Origin: Spirochaetia bacterium
GTDB taxonomy: Bacteria > Spirochaetota > Spirochaetia > UBA9216
Reading direction: 5' to 3'
Length of the DNA: 64,000 nucleotides
NCBI GenBank assembly: GCA_963677925.2
Contig: CAXXYH010000003.1
Location: forward strand, 800,001 to 864,000
Both the position numbers and the translations under genes were made by a program. Of this stretch, positions 1 to 10,928 are shown one piece after another. The stretch's first letter is position 1. The number at the start of each line of letters is the position of its first letter. The notes below the pieces were generated by a model. That model had not been told where the DNA came from. It worked only from the letters and a program-made list of their open reading frames with translations, and did no database searches.

Positions 1-2
1 GC

Positions 3-791
3 ATGATTCTGCTCAGCGGTATTTTCCTGTTTTTAACATATTTGCTTTACAAAGCACAAAATACTATAGAATCGCGTCAGTCGAAATTTGTTTTGGTGAC
101 AGTCTTTCATGATAAATCATGTTTTAAAAAGAAAAGACTGAACCATTTCATGTATAATTTCGGTCTTTTTATTAAGACAGCAGAAATTAAGGCTTCTTTT
201 CTGATTACAGCAGCAGCAGTATTATATATAAATTTAACAAATGATTCTTCAGTAAATGTACTGTACATCTTTATGATTTCTTTCATGCTGAATGCAGCTC
301 CTCTTGCTAATAACTGTTTCGGCTTTGAAACTGAAGCCTTCGGAAGAATTAAACTATGGCCTAAATCTGCATTTCAATTTATCATTCAAAAAAATATTGT
401 GTTTTTAATTCTATTTACCGTACCCGGCTGCATATACACATTTATTATCGCAATTATGACAGATTTTTATACCCCCGCTGCCGGCCTTTTAATGATTTCA
501 GGAATTTCCTTCCTGTATCTGGCCTTTGGAAATATTTTTTCAATTTTAAAACCTGAAAAAAGAGAGATAAACCGTTTTGCAGGCCTTTCCCAGACAGGAG
601 GTATTACCGGAATTTTATTTGCAATATTTTCGTGGTATCCTCTTTTCAAATTATTAATTGATATCAGCCCTCAAAATTATGACGGCATATTAACTTTTAC
701 TGCAGTATTCGCAATTACATCCTTGATTGCCTATCTGATTTCATTAAAAGTCAGTATTGAATTATTTCAGAAAAATGGTTTAAGATCCTGA
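3..791 (+). CDS. Multi-pass membrane protein, possibly an ABC-2-type permease; probably 5'-truncated by the window edge
   Basis: Several hydrophobic segments; AT-rich; no recognisable catalytic motif. Confidence 0.55.
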   Translation: MILLSGIFLFLTYLLYKAQNTIESRQSKFVLVTVFHDKSCFKKKRLNHFMYNFGLFIKTAEIKASFLITAAAVLYINLTNDSSVNVLYIFMISFMLNAAPLANNCFGFETEAFGRIKLWPKSAFQFIIQKNIVFLILFTVPGCIYTFIIAIMTDFYTPAAGLLMISGISFLYLAFGNIFSILKPEKREINRFAGLSQTGGITGILFAIFSWYPLFKLLIDISPQNYDGILTFTAVFAITSLIAYLISLKVSIELFQKNGLRS

Positions 792-793
792 TT

Positions 794-1618
794 ATGAAAG
801 CTGAATTATTTCATAAACTATTAATAATCTTATTAATTTGTCTGTATAGTCCGCTCCTTTTATATGCCGAAACATTTCAGAATGAAAATAAACCTTCAAT
901 GGAGAAGAATTCCATGTATAATTATGAACTGCAAAAACCCTGGAATTATGATCTGCCTGAAAATTCCCAGCGACGCTACCCACTGATAATCTCACTGCAT
1001 GGAGCGACCGGAAGATCTGACGTCTACTACACTCCGATAATAGTTAATAATGAAAAACAGATGAAAGAGTACCCATGTTTTTATATGGCACCGAACAATC
1101 CTCAGGGCTGGGGAGATGAGGCGGCATGGGTTAGAACTCAGATAGAGGAATTAAAAAAGCAGTACCCTATTGATGAAAACCGTATTTATCTGATTGGTTT
1201 TTCCATGGGAGGCTCGGGGTCATACCTTTTCGCCGAAGCATACTATAAAGAGTACGGACAATTGTTTGCCGCTATCGTACGTCTGGCAGGAAATTCAGGC
1301 TATGAACTATCCCCTCCATTGGCAGCTAAAACCTCAGTTTGGTATCACATCGGCTGGAGGGATGATAAGCAAAGGGTTATAACAGCACGGAATGCATTTA
1401 ATTTTATTAGAGATTTACCTGAATACAAAGATGCTTCTGAAAACCTCAGATTCGGTTTGGCAGGTAAACAGCCCTTCAGAACAAGAACAATTACCTTCAA
1501 CAATACAGAAATAATGAAGCTGAGCGATTATCCTCTGATGGGCCACAATCCGGACACTCCATTCAAAAATGAAGCAGTACTTGAATGGATGTTCTCCCAG
1601 TCATTATCCAACAGGTAA
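794..1618 (+). CDS. Secreted alpha/beta hydrolase (esterase/peptidase-like)
   Basis: Signal peptide; YPLIISLHG, nucleophile elbow GFSMGG, late GH motif. Confidence 0.8.
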   Translation: MKAELFHKLLIILLICLYSPLLLYAETFQNENKPSMEKNSMYNYELQKPWNYDLPENSQRRYPLIISLHGATGRSDVYYTPIIVNNEKQMKEYPCFYMAPNNPQGWGDEAAWVRTQIEELKKQYPIDENRIYLIGFSMGGSGSYLFAEAYYKEYGQLFAAIVRLAGNSGYELSPPLAAKTSVWYHIGWRDDKQRVITARNAFNFIRDLPEYKDASENLRFGLAGKQPFRTRTITFNNTEIMKLSDYPLMGHNPDTPFKNEAVLEWMFSQSLSNR

Positions 1619-1656
1619 CAGGTTTTTATAAATCAGATTACCTGATATAAATAAGT

Positions 1657-2319
1657 ATGAGAAAATCCGCAATAATATTCGATCACGACGGAACTCTTGT
1701 TGATTCGATTAAAGCTGTTGAAATATGTACAAACCAAGTTCTTCAAAAAAACGGTTATGCAGCTGCATCTTCTGAGCTGATTTCAGAAGGGATGGGTTAT
1801 GTTACACATGAACGTTTCGGCTTCCACTCAGGTACAGATGATATAACACGAATGCATACCATGGCAGCAGAGTTTTATACCAGTATGCATACCGGCGGAC
1901 TTGTCCACCTACAGGTTTATGAGGGTGTTCAGGAAGCCCTTGATGCCCTTGCCTCCTCAGGTTATTCAATGGGCATGGTTTCAAATAACCAGGGAATCTT
2001 CATCAGAAAAGCCGCAGCGCATCTGAAATATGCCTACGATCTGGAGATTATGCTTGGCGAGGAAAATATTAAGGCTCACAAACCTGCTCCCGACGGACTG
2101 CTCCAGGCGGCTGCCGGGCTTGCGGCACTGCCTGAAGACTGCTGGTATATCGGTGATACCGAGACTGATTACAGGGCGGCTAAAGCCGCAGGTATGAGAA
2201 GCGGACTTGTCAGCTGGGGAACAACTGCGGCTGCGGAGCTTTCGAGACTGAACCCGGATGCCCTTTTTAATCATCCTCATGAAATGAAAGCTTTCTTTCT
2301 CAGCCTGCTGTCTGATTAA
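1657..2319 (+). CDS. HAD-family hydrolase (phosphoglycolate phosphatase-like)
   Basis: Motif I FDHDGTL, KPAPD, motif IV IGDTETD. Confidence 0.85.
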   Translation: MRKSAIIFDHDGTLVDSIKAVEICTNQVLQKNGYAAASSELISEGMGYVTHERFGFHSGTDDITRMHTMAAEFYTSMHTGGLVHLQVYEGVQEALDALASSGYSMGMVSNNQGIFIRKAAAHLKYAYDLEIMLGEENIKAHKPAPDGLLQAAAGLAALPEDCWYIGDTETDYRAAKAAGMRSGLVSWGTTAAAELSRLNPDALFNHPHEMKAFFLSLLSD

Positions 2320-3959
2320 CTCCTGCCTATTTCCTCACAAACCCGCAGCAGCTCCGGAAGCAGCTGTTTCTTTCTCGAAAGAATACCGGGCAGGTCAAAA
2401 ATACCATCATCAATCCTGCTGTAAATAAGCTCTTCCTCAGCTGCTATGAACGGAGTTGATAACAGTATGGAATTTTCCTTGATAACATCTGTAATAAGCA
2501 GCATAGCCCATTTCAGCTTTTTAGCTTTCTTTACTTTTTCAAGCTCATTGATAATGTTGTTCTTCACTTCATCTATACCGTTAAGACTAATAACCTCTGC
2601 CTGACCTATTCCGAAAGCTATACCGCCTTCATCATACTCCTTAAAATCAGTACCAACAAGTTCATTTACTGGTGAGGCTCCGAGAACAGCGCTCTTCTCA
2701 AAGAGAGCTCTTCCATGATCCTCAAGGCTTACTTCACATATTTCTGCAAGTTTTTCGGCAGCATGACGATCTTCAGCGGTAGTTGTAGGAGACTTCAGGA
2801 TTATCGTATCAGAGAGTATCCCCGAAAGCATAAGCATCGCGGTCTTAGGACTGAGTTCAAGATTGTGGGAAATGAAATGACTGAAAATAATTGTGCAGGT
2901 ACTGCCCACAGGCCTTACGTTGATATATATCGGCTTTTTTGTAGGCTGTGGAGACAGTCTGTGATGATCAACTATTTCAATAATCTCAGCCTGCTCCGAC
3001 CCGGGAATACTCTGGGAGATTTCATTGTGGTCGACCATTATTATCTTTTTCAAAGGCTTTTCAATAAAACAGCGCCTTGTGACTATACCTGCAAACTGTT
3101 CGTCCTGGAATACAGGAAGACCGCGGTATCGAGAGTTTACGAGAAGCTGCTTTGCCGAATCAAAGTCAGCATCAGATTTTACTATCTCCGGCTCTGCATT
3201 CATAATTTCCTTAACAGGCGCACTCAGCCTTAAAAGACGGATGGTTTCAGCAGTATCCGTTTTAGAAATAAAAACTGTTCCCCTGTAGTTTTTAAGGCGA
3301 TCACCGACCCTTGAATCATCACTTACACCTGTCAGTATGATGGCAGGAAATTCGTTTTCAACTGCAAAATCTATGAGATCCGTACGGAGCCCTACAACCA
3401 GAAGCGGTTTGTAGGGTTTTATATCCTCTATCCTGCTTCTGCTTACCTCAACCGGCATGGCACCTGTCATTATAGGTGCGGTAAACTCTTTATCCGGCCC
3501 GCGCAGGTAAAAATACCCAGGAAGAACATCCTGAAAATTGTTAATTCTGAATCTGTATACAGGCCGGGTTCCCAGATTTTCAGAAATAAGAAAGCCGCTT
3601 ATCTGGTGAATTGTAACAATACCGCGAAAAATAGTGCCATCCTCAAAAACCGGAATACAGCTCAGGTTTTCCTCATCGAGAACCTTGATGGCGCTGAAAA
3701 CAGGCTGGTTTATATCAAGACTTTCTATATTGCGTCTTGTTACATCAGAGACCTTCGGTGCTGCATCTTTCATAAATGACGGAGGCTCTGCCCCGGCAAG
3801 TTCAAAAGCAGTTTTAGTCTGACGGTTCAGGTTTCCGCATCTTACAGGTATGTACTGATTAGAGGGATCCGTTCTGTTTTTAAATTCAGCATATGCATAT
3901 GCAGCGCATACAGAATCCATATCAGGATTCCGATGGCCGGTTACAATTATATCTTCCAT
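2316..3959 (-). CDS. ppaC: Mn-dependent family II inorganic pyrophosphatase with CBS/DRTGG insert
   Basis: GHRNPDMDS, VDHNE, DHH motif (IVDHH), SRKKQ C-terminus; CBS-like insert. Confidence 0.92.
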   Translation of the reverse strand: MEDIIVTGHRNPDMDSVCAAYAYAEFKNRTDPSNQYIPVRCGNLNRQTKTAFELAGAEPPSFMKDAAPKVSDVTRRNIESLDINQPVFSAIKVLDEENLSCIPVFEDGTIFRGIVTIHQISGFLISENLGTRPVYRFRINNFQDVLPGYFYLRGPDKEFTAPIMTGAMPVEVSRSRIEDIKPYKPLLVVGLRTDLIDFAVENEFPAIILTGVSDDSRVGDRLKNYRGTVFISKTDTAETIRLLRLSAPVKEIMNAEPEIVKSDADFDSAKQLLVNSRYRGLPVFQDEQFAGIVTRRCFIEKPLKKIIMVDHNEISQSIPGSEQAEIIEIVDHHRLSPQPTKKPIYINVRPVGSTCTIIFSHFISHNLELSPKTAMLMLSGILSDTIILKSPTTTAEDRHAAEKLAEICEVSLEDHGRALFEKSAVLGASPVNELVGTDFKEYDEGGIAFGIGQAEVISLNGIDEVKNNIINELEKVKKAKKLKWAMLLITDVIKENSILLSTPFIAAEEELIYSRIDDGIFDLPGILSRKKQLLPELLRVCEEIGRS

Positions 3960-3980
3960 TATGAACCTCAGTATACAATA

Positions 3981-4457
3981 TCAGGATAGTTTTTCACACT
4001 GTATGCTGTATTGAATTTCAAGCCGATGAACACCGTCAGTAAAAGGTATCGCAGAAATCACAGATTTCTTCGGCCACGATATACTATGCTGTTCTCCCTG
4101 AATGGTTACAGGAATCGAAAGGTTGAAATCACTTTTTGCTGCAACAGATAAAACATTTCCTGAGATAATATTTATAATCTCGCCTATCATATCATTTATC
4201 ATTTTAGCTCTTCCAGCGCCTTCAGTATTCTGAAATCGTGAGCGTTCAAGCAGAAAAGATGTAAATGAAGCTTCCACCCTTATAGCCATAATACCGTAGC
4301 AGTCACCGGTTACTCCTACAACACTGGTCACACCCCAGTTTCTTCTGTCCGGGACTTCCAGGATATACGGAGTTCCGGATTGAAGTTCAGTTTTAAACAG
4401 CATGGCAAATATGCCCTTTACTCTTTCATCAATAATTCCGGAAATCACAGAATTCAT
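3981..4457 (-). CDS. cheX: CheX-family chemotaxis phosphatase (paralog 2)
   Basis: VGVTGD...G and GEIINIISGN (ExxN) motifs; start overlaps upstream paralog stop. Confidence 0.8.
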   Translation of the reverse strand: MNSVISGIIDERVKGIFAMLFKTELQSGTPYILEVPDRRNWGVTSVVGVTGDCYGIMAIRVEASFTSFLLERSRFQNTEGAGRAKMINDMIGEIINIISGNVLSVAAKSDFNLSIPVTIQGEQHSISWPKKSVISAIPFTDGVHRLEIQYSIQCEKLS

Positions 4458-4933
4458 TTATTCTCCTTGCTTTGGATTATACTTACCTGAACTTCAAACG
4501 GGCCGTATTTGGTTGAGAAAGGTACTCCGATAATAGGGGTTTTGCTGGGCCAGGAGATGCTGTGATTAGCTCCCTGGGCAGTAAAAGGCGGAGTAAGAGC
4601 CACCTCACGACCCTTAAGGGCACCAAGGGCATTTCCCGATATAATATTTACAAACTCGCCGATCATCTCGTTCCGAAGCTGAGGTATCTCATCAGGATCA
4701 GTAATCTGAAGGCCTGACTGGCTCAACAGTTTCTCTGCCATCAGCTGGGTTACCCTGAGGACTACAATCCCTTCATGACTTCCAACTATTCCTATTACTC
4801 CTGAGATTTCCCACCGGTGGTTACCTGCCGAGTTCGCCAGAAAGGGTTTTCCGTATGTAGGCTCAATCAGAAACATTTCATAAAAGAGGTTTATGGTTGC
4901 ACTTAGAAACGGATTGATGATCGAAGCATCCAT
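4454..4933 (-). CDS. cheX: CheX-family chemotaxis phosphatase (paralog 1)
   Basis: INPFLSAT N-terminus, ISGVIGIVG, GEFVNIISGNA, PFSTKYGPF. Confidence 0.88.
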   Translation of the reverse strand: MDASIINPFLSATINLFYEMFLIEPTYGKPFLANSAGNHRWEISGVIGIVGSHEGIVVLRVTQLMAEKLLSQSGLQITDPDEIPQLRNEMIGEFVNIISGNALGALKGREVALTPPFTAQGANHSISWPSKTPIIGVPFSTKYGPFEVQVSIIQSKENK

Positions 4934-4968
4934 ATATAGTTTATAATATAGAATAGTCTATTCGTCGA

Positions 4969-5484
4969 TCAGATTTTTCCTTCAGGAGTTTTTTTTGAAT
5001 ATCTCTCTATTTCATCCAGAAAATTCGGCGTAAATAACCCCTTATCCGAATTTTCAATCTCTTCAAAAGTCCAGAATCTGCCGTCAGAGATTTCTGAGAG
5101 CTGCAGATTTATTTCACCGTCATAGATCAGGCGGTAGGTCGTTACAAACTCTGTCTCATAACTGTTGCTGTGCAGATATTTATACATAAAAGAAAATGAA
5201 CTTTCTTCAACTGTTGAAATTCCCAGTTCTTCGGAAGTCTCTCTTAGCGCAGCAGCGAGATATGTCTCGCTCCGGTCAAGATGCCCCCCTACAGAAGTAT
5301 CCCACTTTCCCGGCTGGACATCCTTGTCATCAGCCCTTTTCTGCAGAAAGAGTTCTCCTTCGCTGTTAAAAACAAGGACATGAACAACCCGGTGTTTAAG
5401 TTCAGGGTTCCCGTGAACTTCACTTCTTGCTGCAGAGCCTATTACCCTGTCCTCATCATCGACTATATCAAAAATCTCACTCAT
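4969..5484 (-). CDS. NUDIX hydrolase (Idi/YfcD-like)
   Basis: DIVD...HRVVHVLVFN...LQKR, Nudix box GGHLDRSETYLAAALRETSEELG; start moved to the ATG at 5484 behind a GGAGG SD. Confidence 0.88.
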   Translation of the reverse strand: MSEIFDIVDDEDRVIGSAARSEVHGNPELKHRVVHVLVFNSEGELFLQKRADDKDVQPGKWDTSVGGHLDRSETYLAAALRETSEELGISTVEESSFSFMYKYLHSNSYETEFVTTYRLIYDGEINLQLSEISDGRFWTFEEIENSDKGLFTPNFLDEIERYSKKTPEGKI

Positions 5485-5926
5485 AACTCCTCCCTGCAGT
5501 AATTTTCTCCGGCACATCATACTTTACCCATTTTACACGGCCGGAAGATACTGCATCCCTCAGCTGACGTTCTACACGTGAAAGATTCTTTGCCTTGCCG
5601 CTTTTCACCTCGACAAACACAATTTCAGTCAAATCCCCCTCATCCATTCCCTTGAAAACCAGAAAATCAACAGGTTTGCCGATAAACCTGCACTCGTTCG
5701 GATTGAATGGGAACTCAGGAAGATAGGGAGCAAGCTGCTCTGCAAACTGGCCTCCAATGACGGCCCGTGACCGGTTAAGCCTGTCCTTTACAATGGGTTC
5801 AAGCTTATGCTCCTTCCAGCTTCGCTCCTCCCTCTTTCGGCCGAATAAAATACCAAGTCGAAGGCCTATTAGGAAAAGAAGGATAGCTCCTGCTGCTGTT
5901 ACCAGATATACAAAGTCAATATTCAT
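5477..5926 (-). CDS. Membrane-anchored Holliday-junction-resolvase-like PD-(D/E)XK endonuclease
   Basis: N-terminal TM helix; SRAVIGGQFAEQLAP, PVDFLVF, EVKSG motifs. Confidence 0.8.
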   Translation of the reverse strand: MNIDFVYLVTAAGAILLFLIGLRLGILFGRKREERSWKEHKLEPIVKDRLNRSRAVIGGQFAEQLAPYLPEFPFNPNECRFIGKPVDFLVFKGMDEGDLTEIVFVEVKSGKAKNLSRVERQLRDAVSSGRVKWVKYDVPEKITAGRSYE

Positions 5927-6046
5927 ATGACATTATACCCGGGTGGCCGGCGGCTTGAAAGCATTCAGTAGCATTCTGCCCGATTTACTCAACAGTTTTT
6001 TTTGTTTATAATTCAGTCACTAAAAACTTACACAGAGGACAGTTAA

Positions 6047-7270
6047 ATGATCAAAGTCAATGAAAACTATGCAAAGCTGAAAGCTTCATATCTTTTCACC
6101 GATATTGCAAGAAGAGTAAGCTCATACCAGGAAGCTAATCCTGATAATAAAATAATCAAACTAGGAATAGGTGATGTTACAAGACCTCTTCCCGAAGCCT
6201 GTCTAAATGCTTTTCACTCCGCTGTTGATGAAATGGCTGAAACTTCAACCTTCAAAGGTTACGGCCCCGAACAGGGTTATGCTTTTCTTAGAGAGAAAAT
6301 CGCTGAATTTGACTTCGGTCCCAGAAATACGGGTGTAAAAGCCAATGAGATCTTTATCAGCGACGGGTCAAAGTGCGACACCGGGAACATACAGGAAATC
6401 TTCTCAAACGACAGCATAGTAGCTGTTCCGGACCCCGTATACCCTGTTTATGTTGATACAAACGTAATGGCAGGCCGAACAGGGGTATGGAGCGATGGCA
6501 GATATGATGGCCTTGTATACCTTGAATCAACAAAGGAAAACGGCTTTGTGCCCGAGCCTCCAAATGAAAAGGCTGATCTCATCTACCTCTGCTTTCCCAA
6601 CAATCCTACCGGAGCTTCAGCAACGAAGGAACAGCTCGAAGCCTGGGTTGATTATGCAAGAAAAAACCAGGCGCTTATACTTTTTGATGCAGCCTACGTT
6701 TCTTTTATAAGAGACGAGTCTATCCCTCAGAGTATTTTTGAGATCGACGGAGCAAGAGAAGTTGCAATTGAGTTTAGAAGCTTTTCAAAAACAGCAGGTT
6801 TTACAGGAACCAGGTGTGCATATACGGTCATTCCCGAAGAATGTACTGCTTACACTGCAGCAGGAGAAAAAGCTTCACTTCACCAGATTTGGAATAGAAG
6901 ACATTCAACAAAGTTTAACGGCGTATCGTACCCGGTTCAGAAGGCGGCAGAGGCTGTTTTTTCACCTGAAGGAAGTGCACAGGTAAAAGCACTTACCGAT
7001 TATTATCTGGTTAATGCCGGTATAATCAGAAACAAGATGACCGAACTTGGCTACACATGCTTTGGAGGAGATAATTCTCCATATATATGGATTGAATGCG
7101 GTATGGATTCATGGGACTTCTTCGATCTCCTTCTTAATAAGGCAGAAATAGTTACAACTCCCGGCAGCGGATTTGGAAAATGCGGAGAGGGCTATATCAG
7201 AATCAGCGCATTTAACGAGCTGGACAAGGTAAACGAGGCAATGGACAGAATAGCAAAGGTACTGGGCTGA
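6047..7270 (+). CDS. dapL: LL-diaminopimelate aminotransferase
   Basis: [25 protein letters not shown] lysine motif [12 protein letters not shown]. Confidence 0.95.
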   Translation: MIKVNENYAKLKASYLFTDIARRVSSYQEANPDNKIIKLGIGDVTRPLPEACLNAFHSAVDEMAETSTFKGYGPEQGYAFLREKIAEFDFGPRNTGVKANEIFISDGSKCDTGNIQEIFSNDSIVAVPDPVYPVYVDTNVMAGRTGVWSDGRYDGLVYLESTKENGFVPEPPNEKADLIYLCFPNNPTGASATKEQLEAWVDYARKNQALILFDAAYVSFIRDESIPQSIFEIDGAREVAIEFRSFSKTAGFTGTRCAYTVIPEECTAYTAAGEKASLHQIWNRRHSTKFNGVSYPVQKAAEAVFSPEGSAQVKALTDYYLVNAGIIRNKMTELGYTCFGGDNSPYIWIECGMDSWDFFDLLLNKAEIVTTPGSGFGKCGEGYIRISAFNELDKVNEAMDRIAKVLG

Positions 7271-7274
7271 ACTA

Positions 7275-9038
7275 TTGGCTGATATGAATATTTCAGAATG
7301 TACTCCGGATTTTGGCAGTTTTACAAAATCTTTTAAGAGTTTTATTCTTTCCGCCTCAGGCTACAGGAAGGTTTTCGCCGCAGATGGAAATGAAGAATCA
7401 TCTGCGGCTGAAATAAGCTCTGAAGATACTGCAGCTGCTGCTCTCATTGCATCAGAGTTTGCCGATTTCATAAAATCAAAAGGCGGAAAAACTGTTAGTC
7501 TCGGGACTGATGCCAGACCTACCGGCAGGACCATTGCCGGAGTAACCGCAGCAGTATTTCTTTCTAAGAAGCTGAAGGTTCTTTATTCAGGAATTACTGC
7601 AGCACCCGAGCATATGGCCTGGACCAAAACAGATCCAGCCATCGATGGATTTGCCTACATATCAGCCAGTCACAATCCTGTAGGTCATAACGGATTTAAA
7701 TTCGGGCTTTCCGATGGAGCTGTCATCGGCGGTACCGGCTCAGCTGAGCTAATTGCCTCCATAAGAAAAACAGCTTCCGATCCCGCCCGCTTAAAAGAGA
7801 TCTGCGGTTTAATCAATTCTATTTCAAAAGCCGATCTTAACGCTGTATTTGAATCTGAAAATGAAAACAAACTAAAGGCCGCAGCGGCCTACAGCGAGTT
7901 CAGTCTTGAAGTGATTACATCAGAACCTGCAGGACCCGCACGCGATGAAATTATCAATAAATTAAAATCAGCAGCCGGAAATATCGGTATTATTGCTGAA
8001 CTTAACGGTTCAGCCAGAGGCGTCAGTATAGACAGGGCTTTTTTCAGCTCTTTCGGCTTAAGCTCAAAGTTTCTGAATGACAGTCCCGGTGATATCGTTC
8101 ACCGGATAGTTCCGGAGGGTTCATCACTTAATCTCTGCAGAGAGGAACTTAAAAAGGCTCACGCTGAAGACAGCCGCTTCATCATGGGCTACGTACCCGA
8201 CAATGACGGGGACAGGGGTAACATAGTCTATTATTCCGATGTAAGCGGTAAGGCTGAAATCCTTGAAGCTCAGGAGGTTTTCGCACTTTCAGTGAAGGCT
8301 GAGCTGTCCTTTGCCAGGCGTCTGTATCCTGAAGCAAAACTCGCAGTTGCCGTAAACGGACCGACATCAATGCGTATCGAAGAAATAGCTGCTGATTACA
8401 GTGCAGAAGTATTCAGGGCAGAAGTCGGCGAAGCAAACGTGGTTAACCTGGCGGCAGAAAAGCGGGCTGAAGGCTATGAAGTCCGGATATTAGGCGAAGG
8501 TTCGAACGGAGGGAATATAACCCATCCCGCAACTGTAAGAGACCCTCTTAACACAATATTTGCAATCATCAAACTGCTGAGCCTCGACGGGTATAAAAGC
8601 ATCACAGAGGCTGTAAAAAGTCTGCCGGCATATACTACAACAAGCGCTTATGAACCTGAAGCAAAAATGAATATAGGCAAAATAACGCATTCCGAACTCA
8701 AAGCGAATTATGAAGCTGTTTTTCGTAAGGAATTCAAAGCAAAAATTGAATGGCTGAAGAGTAAATTCGGAATTTACAGTTGGGATGAGATTAACTATGA
8801 AGGAACCAGGGCTGTCACAGGCACCGGAAAAGAATGCCGAAGCGGTGCGGAAACCGGCGGACTGAAAATTATGCTGAATGACAGAAGCAACAACCCTGTT
8901 GCCTATCTGTGGATGCGCGGCTCAGGCACCGAACCTGTCTTTCGAGTTATGACGGACATCAAAGGCGATAAGCCTGAGCAAATGCATGAACTCCTGGACT
9001 GGCATCGGGCGATGGTAGCAGATTCCGCAAAAATATGA
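7275..9038 (+). CDS. Phosphohexomutase (phosphoglucomutase/phosphomannomutase family)
   Basis: SASHNP catalytic Ser, DNDGDR metal loop, GEGSNGG, RGSGTEP. Confidence 0.88.
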   Translation: MADMNISECTPDFGSFTKSFKSFILSASGYRKVFAADGNEESSAAEISSEDTAAAALIASEFADFIKSKGGKTVSLGTDARPTGRTIAGVTAAVFLSKKLKVLYSGITAAPEHMAWTKTDPAIDGFAYISASHNPVGHNGFKFGLSDGAVIGGTGSAELIASIRKTASDPARLKEICGLINSISKADLNAVFESENENKLKAAAAYSEFSLEVITSEPAGPARDEIINKLKSAAGNIGIIAELNGSARGVSIDRAFFSSFGLSSKFLNDSPGDIVHRIVPEGSSLNLCREELKKAHAEDSRFIMGYVPDNDGDRGNIVYYSDVSGKAEILEAQEVFALSVKAELSFARRLYPEAKLAVAVNGPTSMRIEEIAADYSAEVFRAEVGEANVVNLAAEKRAEGYEVRILGEGSNGGNITHPATVRDPLNTIFAIIKLLSLDGYKSITEAVKSLPAYTTTSAYEPEAKMNIGKITHSELKANYEAVFRKEFKAKIEWLKSKFGIYSWDEINYEGTRAVTGTGKECRSGAETGGLKIMLNDRSNNPVAYLWMRGSGTEPVFRVMTDIKGDKPEQMHELLDWHRAMVADSAKI

Positions 9039-9047
9039 TAAATTGCA

Positions 9048-10928
9048 GTGGTGGCAGGATTTTCGTCATCACGTGCAGCAGATTTCTGGTATGAAATAAA
9101 ATATTTTTTCTCCAGGTCGCTTAAAACAAAACTGATTATATTCTTTCTCTTCCTTGCATTTATTCCGACGCTTATCACCGGCTTGTTCTCCTTTAATCTG
9201 TCGTCAAGAATTGTCTACAGAATGGCGGTTGACTCGAGCAGTGAAATGATTGACAGGATATCTCAGGAGCTCGAAAATCTGTTCAGCGATACCATCTACT
9301 TTATGTATCATGTTCAGGACATCATGCCGCTGCAGCAGGGGCTGAGGGAGAATTTCGACACTCTCGAACAGCGATATCTGACAGACTTTAACGTAAGTTC
9401 AGAGCTTCACTTCATATCTGATTACAAAAAAGAAATATTCGGTATCTATGTTCTGGGCCTCAACAAAAGCAAATTCAAATCCAATTACTACACATTCAAT
9501 GATGATGATCTGAGGGATTCTCCCTGGTATAAAACAATATTTGAATCAAACCTGCTGACAGTTTCCGGTCCATACAGGGAATCCGCTGCAGTTAAGACTA
9601 CCCCGAACTGGAATATGGAGTTCTTTTCGCTTGGAATACCCTTTATAGACAGGCAGACAGGGCTTCGTACCGGAATCATTCTTGCAGAAATTGAGAAAAG
9701 AGTAATAAGACGAATTACAGATACAACATTCGGAAAGACAGGATATATCCTTGTCCTTGATAATAGAAACAATATCCTTATTTCGCCTGACAAATACGAT
9801 GAGCAGCCGGATTTATCCGCCCTTCCCTCCCTTAAACCCAGGAATTTTCAGGAGCTTATAGTAACAGAAAGATTTATTGGAACAGATGATGAAGAAGAGA
9901 CGTTTTTTCTCGACAGCGATGATTATCTTGTTCTGTTTCAGGTGCTGAAAATTCCGGGCTGGAAAGTCGTGGGAGTAATACCAAGAAATGAACTTAGAAC
10001 AGATAAGGACAATATTCTCTGGGTTCTGCTTATTCTTCCACTGATCAGCTGTATACTTGCCGGGTTTGCAGCGGTAAAAATATCCTCAGGTATTGTAAAA
10101 CCTGTCTACCAGATGAGTTCTCTTATGAAGAAGGCCGAGGGAGGAAATCTACAGGTCAGAATGACCGAAATGGGAAATGATGAAATTGGACAGCTTGGGA
10201 GAAGCTTCAACGTCATGGTAGAAAAACTTGATGATCTGATGACCCAGATTTACTCCAGTCAGGCAAAAATTCGAAAAACTGAACTTCAGCTTCTTCAGGC
10301 ACAGATAAATCCGCATTTTCTTTATAATACGCTGGATGCAATAAAATACCTGGCTAAACGAGGTGAAAATGAAGGGGTTGTGCGTATGGTTGTATCACTA
10401 GCTAAATTCTTCCGCAGCAGCCTCAGTAAGGGTATGGCAGTTATCACAATAGAAGAGGAACTGGAACGCATAGAGCATTACCTTACTATTTTAAAAATAC
10501 GCTACAGTAATAAATTTGAGTATATGATTAATCTTCCCCCCGAGCTTAGAAGCAGAAAGATTCTAAAACTGCTGCTTCAGCCCATAGTTGAAAACGCAGT
10601 TTACCACGGCATTAAAGAAAAATCTGAACCAGGACACATTCTGATTTCGGTACAGCAGGTGGATCGCAACATTGTTATCATGATTAAGGACAGCGGTAAC
10701 GGAATGACAGAAGAAAAGCTTGAAGAGCTTAGGAAGTCAATCCGAAGAAGAACTTTCGCAGACAGGGAAAACTACGGGCTTCGGAACATTCAGGAAAGAA
10801 TTGAAATATTTTTCGGTCAGGGATACGGTCTGGAGTTCAGCAGCAGATACGGTGAAGGTACAGAAGTTAGAATAATAATACCGGCTTTCAGCGAGGAGTT
10901 GATAAATGATCAAAGTAGTAATAGCTGA
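9048..10928 (+). CDS. YesM/LytS-type sensor histidine kinase (Cache-HAMP-HisK); start uncertain
   Basis: Two TM segments, HAMP (DEIGQLGRSFN), QINPHFLYNTL, QPIVENAVYHG, DSGNG. Confidence 0.92.
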   Translation: MVAGFSSSRAADFWYEIKYFFSRSLKTKLIIFFLFLAFIPTLITGLFSFNLSSRIVYRMAVDSSSEMIDRISQELENLFSDTIYFMYHVQDIMPLQQGLRENFDTLEQRYLTDFNVSSELHFISDYKKEIFGIYVLGLNKSKFKSNYYTFNDDDLRDSPWYKTIFESNLLTVSGPYRESAAVKTTPNWNMEFFSLGIPFIDRQTGLRTGIILAEIEKRVIRRITDTTFGKTGYILVLDNRNNILISPDKYDEQPDLSALPSLKPRNFQELIVTERFIGTDDEEETFFLDSDDYLVLFQVLKIPGWKVVGVIPRNELRTDKDNILWVLLILPLISCILAGFAAVKISSGIVKPVYQMSSLMKKAEGGNLQVRMTEMGNDEIGQLGRSFNVMVEKLDDLMTQIYSSQAKIRKTELQLLQAQINPHFLYNTLDAIKYLAKRGENEGVVRMVVSLAKFFRSSLSKGMAVITIEEELERIEHYLTILKIRYSNKFEYMINLPPELRSRKILKLLLQPIVENAVYHGIKEKSEPGHILISVQQVDRNIVIMIKDSGNGMTEEKLEELRKSIRRRTFADRENYGLRNIQERIEIFFGQGYGLEFSSRYGEGTEVRIIIPAFSEELINDQSSNS

